Below are positions 25,021-30,434 of a stretch of 30,434 bases of DNA, one piece after another. The notes under the pieces were generated by a model. That model was not told the DNA's origin, made no database searches, and saw only the letters and a list, made by a program, of their open reading frames with translations. The DNA is from Acidobacteriota bacterium (GTDB taxonomy: Bacteria; Acidobacteriota; Polarisedimenticolia; JAPUIV01): contig JAPUIV010000200.1 in the NCBI GenBank assembly GCA_027296665.1, positions 1 through 30,434 of the forward strand, given 5' to 3'. Every line of letters begins with the position of its first letter. The stretch's first letter is position 1. The translations under genes were made by a program, and so were the position numbers.

Positions 25021-25092
25021 CCCCTCTTCCGAGCCTACCCCTCCCAGAATTCCGGCCCGCCGCGCCGGACGGAAAAGATCTCCTGCAGGAAA

Positions 25093-25917
25093 ATGCTGAT
25101 CGACTCCCATTGCCACCTCCACGATTCGCGGTTCGATCCCGACAGGCCGGAGGTGATCCAGAGGGCCAGGGAATCCGGCGTCGTACGGATGGTGACCGTG
25201 GGAACCGATCTGGAAACCAGCCGCCGGGCGATCGGTCTGGCCCGGGAATATGATTTTCTTCACCCCACCGTCGGTGTCCATCCCCACGAAGTGAAACATC
25301 TGCGAAGGGAAGAGTATCCGCAATTGGAAGAAATGGCGCGGTCTCCCGGCGTGGTCGGATTCGGCGAGATCGGTCTTGACTATCATTACATGCATTCCCC
25401 CGCCGAAGACCAGAGGGTGCATTTCCGCGCGCAGATCCGTCTTGCCGTAAGGCTGGGCCTTCCTCTCATCCTCCACGTACGCGAGGCGTTTCCGGACGCC
25501 CTTCGCATCCTCAGGGAAGAGGAAGTAGGTGTACCCGGCGGTGTCCTTCATTGTTTTTCAGGAGACCTCGCGACCGCTACGGAAGCGATCGAGATGGGGT
25601 TGCATATCTCCTTTTCGGGAATCCTCACCTTTCCGAATGCGGACGATCTCAGGGAGGTTGCCCGCTTGGTTCCGGCCGACCGGATCCTGCTGGAAACCGA
25701 TTCACCCTATCTCGCCCCGGTTCCGGTCCGGGGAAAGAGGAACGAACCGGCCCATGTCAGTCATGTGGCGGAGGCGCTGGCCCGGATCCGAAATCTTGGG
25801 GAAGAGGAGGTCCGGAAACTCACCGGAACGAACACGCGCAAACTGTTTCCTGGTCTCGATGAAGGATCAACCGTCGAGAAGGCCGGGAATTCTCAAGGAG
25901 GTTCCAGATGTACATAG
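25093..25917 (+). CDS. tatD: TatD-family metal-dependent nuclease
   Basis: IDSHCHL, GVHPH, GEIGLDY, LHVREA, HCFSG, LETDSPYLAP, RGKRNEP. Confidence 0.95.
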   Translation: MLIDSHCHLHDSRFDPDRPEVIQRARESGVVRMVTVGTDLETSRRAIGLAREYDFLHPTVGVHPHEVKHLRREEYPQLEEMARSPGVVGFGEIGLDYHYMHSPAEDQRVHFRAQIRLAVRLGLPLILHVREAFPDALRILREEEVGVPGGVLHCFSGDLATATEAIEMGLHISFSGILTFPNADDLREVARLVPADRILLETDSPYLAPVPVRGKRNEPAHVSHVAEALARIRNLGEEEVRKLTGTNTRKLFPGLDEGSTVEKAGNSQGGSRCT

Positions 25918-26216
25918 CGATGAACCGGTTCCCGATTGCCGCGGGAAAAGAAGAGACATTCGAAAAAACCTGGAAAGATCGGGAAAGGTTCCTTCAGAAG
26001 GTGGACGGGTTTCGATCCTTCCAGCTTCTCCGCGGGCCGGAAAAAGAGGGAAGGCGGGTTTTCATTTCCCACTCCACCTGGGAGACCGAAGCCGCCTTCC
26101 TGGCCTGGACCGAGTCGGCCGCCTTCCGGAGCGCTCACGCCGATGCGCGGACACCGGCGGGAGTGGTCCTGGGACCACCCCAGTTCGAGGGATTCGAGGT
26201 CATCCTCACTGACTGA
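25908..26216 (+). CDS. Antibiotic biosynthesis monooxygenase-family protein, IsdG/HmuQ-like (possible heme-degrading)
   Basis: MNRF, FE..W..R, GF..F.LL.G, STWE..AAF..W..S.AF..AH. The IsdG-type Asn, Trp and His appear present. SD GGAGG. Confidence 0.8.
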   Translation: MYIAMNRFPIAAGKEETFEKTWKDRERFLQKVDGFRSFQLLRGPEKEGRRVFISHSTWETEAAFLAWTESAAFRSAHADARTPAGVVLGPPQFEGFEVILTD

Positions 26217-26238
26217 GGAGAACAAGGGAGGTTCCTGT

Positions 26239-27342
26239 ATGCCCAGAAAAACCGTCCTTCATGCCCTGCAGAAATCGGCGGGCGCGGCCTTCCAGGAACA
26301 TCAAGGATGGGAGGTGGCGGAAACGTTCACCGATCCCCTGGAAGAGGTCCGGTCGGTCCGGAACCAGGCGGCCATCTTTGACCTTTCCCACCGAGGCGCA
26401 CTTCACGTCAGCGGTTCCGATCGGATCCGGTTTCTGCAGGGGATGGTCACCAATGATGTCGAGGCGTTGGCACCGGGACAGGGATGCCATGCGGCATTGC
26501 TCACCCCGAAGGGCAAGGTCCTGGCCGATTTCTGGATCTATCGCCAATCGGAAGGAGTCCGGATCGAGGTCGAGGTCGGTCTTCTGACCCAACTCAAGGA
26601 GATCCTGGAAAAACATATCATCGCGGATGATGTCCGGCTCGAAGATCGCACCGGCAGCTTCGCCACCCTGTCGATTCAGGGCCCCGACTCAGCCCGCATC
26701 GTGCGCCAGATGATCCCGGGGGAGCTTCCCACGGAACTCCTGCAGAGCAGGGAACGGGGAGAAGGCGATGGCCGGACCCTCATCACCCGCCGATCGGAAT
26801 ACACCGCGGAGGAAGGGTTCGAAATCCGCCTACCCTCCTCTGCCGCGGGGGAACTCTGGGATCGATTTCTGGGAACGGGGATCCGGCCGGCAGGAATGGC
26901 CGCAATGGAGATCCTCAGGATCGAATCAGGTGTGCCGAGGGCGGGAATCGATATGGACGAATCGACCCTGGCCCTGGAGGCTTCCCTGAACGACGCCATC
27001 AGTCACACCAAGGGTTGTTACATAGGGCAGGAGTTCGTTGCGCGCATCCGCGATCGCGGCCAGGTCCGGCGGCGATTCACCGGGTTCCGGCTCCAGGGCC
27101 CTTTCATTCCTTCGGCGGGAGATCCCGTGCTCCGGGAGGAAACCGCGGTCGGCATCGTCACCAGCGCGGCATTCTCCCCGACCCTGAATTCTTCCATCGC
27201 TCTCGGTTATCTCCGCCGGGAACTGGTACAGGAGGGAGAACGGATCGTGATCCGGTCCGGAGGAGAAACCCACCCAGCCGTTGTCACCTCCCTTCCCTTC
27301 ATTCATCGACACGGTCCCTCCCCGCGGGAGGGGAAAGACTGA
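26239..27342 (+). CDS. ygfZ: YgfZ/GcvT-family folate-binding protein (Fe-S cluster maintenance)
   Basis: FDLSHRG, DRIRFLQGMVTND, LLTPKGK, LRIESGVP, signature KGCYIGQE. Start at MPRKT with SD GGAGG. Confidence 0.88.
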   Translation: MPRKTVLHALQKSAGAAFQEHQGWEVAETFTDPLEEVRSVRNQAAIFDLSHRGALHVSGSDRIRFLQGMVTNDVEALAPGQGCHAALLTPKGKVLADFWIYRQSEGVRIEVEVGLLTQLKEILEKHIIADDVRLEDRTGSFATLSIQGPDSARIVRQMIPGELPTELLQSRERGEGDGRTLITRRSEYTAEEGFEIRLPSSAAGELWDRFLGTGIRPAGMAAMEILRIESGVPRAGIDMDESTLALEASLNDAISHTKGCYIGQEFVARIRDRGQVRRRFTGFRLQGPFIPSAGDPVLREETAVGIVTSAAFSPTLNSSIALGYLRRELVQEGERIVIRSGGETHPAVVTSLPFIHRHGPSPREGKD

Positions 27343-29246
27343 AAAAGGATCGAATTCCCACCTTGGAATCGAGGCCTCTTCTTATCTATGACGGCGATTG
27401 CGGATTCTGCCGGCGGTGGATCGCCCGCTGGAAGAAGCAGACCGGCTCCCGGGTAACCTACGCGCCATTTCAGGAGGTCGCCGGCCGGTTCCCGGAAATC
27501 GGCCGGGAACAATTCGAGACCGGGGTGGTGCTTCTGGAGCCGGGAGGAACGATCTATTCCGGTGCCGAGGCGGTGTTCCGGATCCTTTCGGCCGCCGGCC
27601 GCCGCTCTCCCCTCCTCTGGCTCTATCAAAACGCGCCCGGCGGGGCCGCGGTGGCCGAATGGATCTACCGTTTCGTGGCCAGACGAAGGATCCGGTTCTC
27701 CCGGTGGATCTCGATCCTGTCCGGACCGGACCTGGAACCGCCTACCTTCTTCCGGGCCCGGGTCTGGTTTTTCCGGCTCCTGGGTCTGGTCTATTTTCTC
27801 GCCTTCGCCTCGCTTGGAGTCCAGATCCTCGGGCTCATCGGCGAGAACGGGATCCTGCCGGCGCAGACCTTTCTCGACCAGGTCGGAGCGCGCTTCGGCC
27901 CCCGGGCCTACCATCTCGTACCGACCCTGTTCTGGTGGGGGGCCAGCGATTTTCAACTCAAGCTGGTGTGCGGTGCCGGAATGTTTCTCTCCCTGATGCT
28001 GATTTCCGGTACCGCTCCCCTTCCGGTCCTGGGAATTCTTTGGGCCCTCTATCTCTCCCTGGTGAACGTCGGACGGTGGTTCCTCCGGTTTCAATGGGAC
28101 AACCTCCTTCTGGAAATGGGATTCCTGGCCATCCTCATGGCGCCGTTCGGTTTCCATCCCGCCCGCGCCTGGCGGCGGCCTCTCTCCGCCATGGCGCTCT
28201 GGTTGCCCCGGTGGCTCCTGTTCCGGATCATGTTCCAGTCCGGAGTGGTGAAACTCACGAGTGGCGATCCCAGCTGGCGCGGCCTCACCGCGCTGCGGTA
28301 TCACTTCGAAACCCAACCTCTCCCGACGTCGATTGCCTGGTATGCCCATAACTTTCCCGGCTGGGCCTTGACCTCCATGGTGGCGCTCACCTTTTTCATC
28401 GAACTCGCCGTCCCGTTCTTCCTGTTCGGGCCGCGACGGCTGCGGCAATGGGCCTGCGCCATCCTGATCCTGTTTCAGGGCGCCATCATCGTCACCGGGA
28501 ACTACGGTTTCTTCAATCTCCTGGCCATCGCACTCTGTCTTCTCCTGGTGGACGATCGGTGGTGGCTGCGATGGTCTCCGGATCGGCTGGTTCGCCATTC
28601 TTCCCCGATACCGGGACCGGCACGGGAACCGGCGGGGAAACGCTGGGCGACGATCACCCTCGCAATTCTCATACTGGCGGTGAGCATTCCCCAGACCTGG
28701 CAGACTTTCGATCGGCAGGCGATCACACCGGCACCGATCCAGACGGTTCTTCGATGGATCTCCCCTTTCCGATCGGTCAACCGGTACGGATTGTTCGCCG
28801 TGATGACCACTGCGCGACCGGAGATCCAGGTGGAGGGGAGCAATACTGGAACCGAGTGGACCGCGTACTCTTTCCGCTGGAAACCCGGAGATCCGGGACA
28901 CCGGCCCCGGTTCGTGGCGCCGCACATGCCGAGACTCGACTGGCAGATGTGGTTCGCCGCCCTGGGATCCTATCGGCGCCAGCCATGGTTTTTGCCATTC
29001 GAACGGCGCCTTCTGCAAGGATCTCCCGAGGTGCTCAGCCTGTTGCGGGAAAACCCGTTTCCCGACGCCCCTCCCCGTTACATCCGGGCCGTCCTGTACC
29101 GGTACCGGTTCACCGGCCCGGCAACCCGCAGGGCCTCGGGGAACTGGTGGCGGCGGGAACGGGTTTCAGTTTATACTCCTGCCATATCTCTCGGAATGGA
29201 GGGTGCGGTTCCCCGGGCCCGCCTTCCAGCCCCGGATGGAGAATAA
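27339..29246 (+). CDS. Fusion: DCC1-like thiol-disulfide oxidoreductase domain + lipase maturation factor (LMF) family membrane protein; start uncertain (CTG 27339 or TTG 27363)
   Basis: LIYDGDCGFCRRWI (DxxCxxC) then LMF motifs FQWDNLLLEMGFL, YHFETQPLP, GNYGFFNLL, YGLFAVMT, PHMPRLDWQMWFAAL, all in one frame. Confidence 0.88.
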   Translation: MKKDRIPTLESRPLLIYDGDCGFCRRWIARWKKQTGSRVTYAPFQEVAGRFPEIGREQFETGVVLLEPGGTIYSGAEAVFRILSAAGRRSPLLWLYQNAPGGAAVAEWIYRFVARRRIRFSRWISILSGPDLEPPTFFRARVWFFRLLGLVYFLAFASLGVQILGLIGENGILPAQTFLDQVGARFGPRAYHLVPTLFWWGASDFQLKLVCGAGMFLSLMLISGTAPLPVLGILWALYLSLVNVGRWFLRFQWDNLLLEMGFLAILMAPFGFHPARAWRRPLSAMALWLPRWLLFRIMFQSGVVKLTSGDPSWRGLTALRYHFETQPLPTSIAWYAHNFPGWALTSMVALTFFIELAVPFFLFGPRRLRQWACAILILFQGAIIVTGNYGFFNLLAIALCLLLVDDRWWLRWSPDRLVRHSSPIPGPAREPAGKRWATITLAILILAVSIPQTWQTFDRQAITPAPIQTVLRWISPFRSVNRYGLFAVMTTARPEIQVEGSNTGTEWTAYSFRWKPGDPGHRPRFVAPHMPRLDWQMWFAALGSYRRQPWFLPFERRLLQGSPEVLSLLRENPFPDAPPRYIRAVLYRYRFTGPATRRASGNWWRRERVSVYTPAISLGMEGAVPRARLPAPDGE

Positions 29247-30434
29247 ATGGGTTCTGTTAATGAGTTCCTGGCCCCATGGATCGGGTTGTTGTTTCTTTTC
29301 TTCCCCTTACTTGCCTCCTTTAGGGAACCATCGGTTGCGGGGATCCCCGCCCCCCCCGGCGCAGAACCCTATCCACAGGCACTGCGCCGGCGCCTGGAGA
29401 AAAGGCTCGCCGCGCTAGGGCCGGATTATCAACCCCGCACCCATCACCTCCAATCCGACGGCTCCCCTGCATTCACCAACCGCCTTCTCCTCGAGCCCAG
29501 TCCCTACCTTCTCCAGCACGCCCACAATCCGGTGAACTGGTTTCCATGGGGAGACGAGGCCTTTACCACCGCGGCCGCCCAGGGGAAACCGGTTCTGCTC
29601 AGCATCGGCTATTCCACTTGCCACTGGTGCCACGTGATGGAGGAGGAATCGTTCGAGGATCTGGAGATCGCCCGGTACATGAACGAGAACTATGTGGCCA
29701 TAAAGGTGGACCGGGAGGTCCGCCCCGATCTGGACGGAATCTACATGGCCTCGGTGCAGGCTTTGACCGGCAGGGGAGGCTGGCCGATGACCGTCTGGCT
29801 CACCCCGGAACGCCAACCATTTTTCGGCGGCACGTACTTCCCCGCCCGGGACGGCGATCGGGGAGCAGCGAAGGGGTTCCTCACTCTTCTGAAAGATTTG
29901 AAGGGTTATTACGATGCCAACCCCGGCAAGATCTCCGAACTGACCGAACATCTGACCGGCGCGGTCCGGAAAAACCTGCAGGCGGAAGAGAAAGGTAATC
30001 TTCCGGAAATACAGGTGCTGGACCGGGCCGTCGATCTGTACCTGCAACTCCATGACGGGGTGAACGGCGGACTCCAGGGCGCCCCGAAATTCCCCAGCAG
30101 CCTGCCGATCGGTCTCCTGCTGCGAAACCACCGCCGGACCGGCAATCCCGAGTCGATCCGGGCCGCCGAACTGACCCTGGAGAAGATGGCAGGCGGCGGG
30201 ATGTACGACCAGGTGGGGGGAGGATTCCACCGCTATTCGACCGACTCCCGCTGGCTGGTGCCCCACTTCGAGAAGATGCTATACGACAATGCCCTTCTGG
30301 TCCCCCTGTACCTGGAAGGCTTCCAACTGCCCGGCCGGCCGGACTTCGCCCGCGTCGCCGGCGAGATCCTGGACTACGTGTTGCGGGAAATGACCTCGCC
30401 CGAGGGCGCGTTCTACTCGGCCACCGATGCCGAC
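29247..30434 (+). CDS. Thioredoxin-domain/DUF255 (YyaL/SSP411-like) protein with hydrophobic N-terminal extension; truncated by the window end
   Basis: Not in the ORF track; translated by hand from ATG 29247: [24 protein letters not shown]...[26 protein letters not shown]...[18 protein letters not shown]...KVDREVRPD...GGWP...[15 protein letters not shown]...[11 protein letters not shown]. Confidence 0.92.
   Translation, partial: MGSVNEFLAPWIGLLFLFFPLLASFREPSVAGIPAPPGAEPYPQALRRRLEKRLAALGPDYQPRTHHLQSDGSPAFTNRLLLEPSPYLLQHAHNPVNWFPWGDEAFTTAAAQGKPVLLSIGYSTCHWCHVMEEESFEDLEIARYMNENYVAIKVDREVRPDLDGIYMASVQALTGRGGWPMTVWLTPERQPFFGGTYFPARDGDRGAAKGFLTLLKDLKGYYDANPGKISELTEHLTGAVRKNLQAEEKGNLPEIQVLDRAVDLYLQLHDGVNGGLQGAPKFPSSLPIGLLLRNHRRTGNPESIRAAELTLEKMAGGGMYDQVGGGFHRYSTDSRWLVPHFEKMLYDNALLVPLYLEGFQLPGRPDFARVAGEILDYVLREMTSPEGAFYSATDAD

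Noticed and set aside
25051-25069. TCCGGC/GCCGGA hairpin between the ferredoxin and tatD genes
   Set aside because: No U-tract; may only stabilise the mRNA 3' end. Unsupported.
23350-25551. 733-aa minus-strand ORF spanning four genes and their spacers
   Set aside because: Three of the four plus-strand genes happen to share its codon register, which suppresses antisense stops. The translation has no domain features.
27303-29018. 571-aa minus-strand ORF opposite DCC1-LMF
   Set aside because: Antisense shadow with no motifs.
1-30434. CRISPR arrays, tRNA/rRNA genes, IS elements, integrases, phage genes, frameshifted pseudogenes
   Set aside because: None seen: the coding density leaves no room for arrays, and all recognised genes read through intact, including the two edge genes translated by hand.

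Overview
A GC-rich, densely coded bacterial chromosomal segment of about 24 genes. I found no tRNA, rRNA, CRISPR array or mobile element. RND efflux and signal-peptide proteins indicate a diderm; an uncultured Acidobacteriota-like host is only an impression. Left arm, minus strand: a three-gene RND efflux operon (one MFP, two different permeases, no outer-membrane factor), and an osmoprotectant ABC ATPase plus substrate-binding protein transcribed divergently from a Cu(I)/Ag(I) P1B-1 ATPase. Centre and right, plus strand: a cobalamin-dependent radical SAM enzyme, a ChdC/chlorite-dismutase-family protein, a secreted protein with a Cys-rich segment and a compact C-terminal domain, and a second radical SAM enzyme. 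Next is a tight cluster: a domain-swapped (LeuD-then-LeuC order) aconitase-family hydro-lyase, a HcrC/A/B-like molybdoenzyme and a MocA-like nucleotidyltransferase. Then SRAP, rhodanese, 7Fe ferredoxin, TatD, an IsdG-like ABM protein, YgfZ, a DCC1-LMF fusion and a truncated DUF255/YyaL gene. Best leads: (1) the aconitase + Hcr-like Mo-enzyme cluster, whose Mo subunit has Gln at the catalytic Glu position; (2) a candidate attenuator or structured leader with competing stems and uORFs upstream of the RND operon; (3) a possible C-terminal sorting-type domain on the secreted protein; (4) the B12-radical SAM/ChdC-like gene pair; (5) the DCC1-LMF fusion next to a possibly exported YyaL. All functional calls come from motif recognition by eye; no database searches or folding calculations were run.
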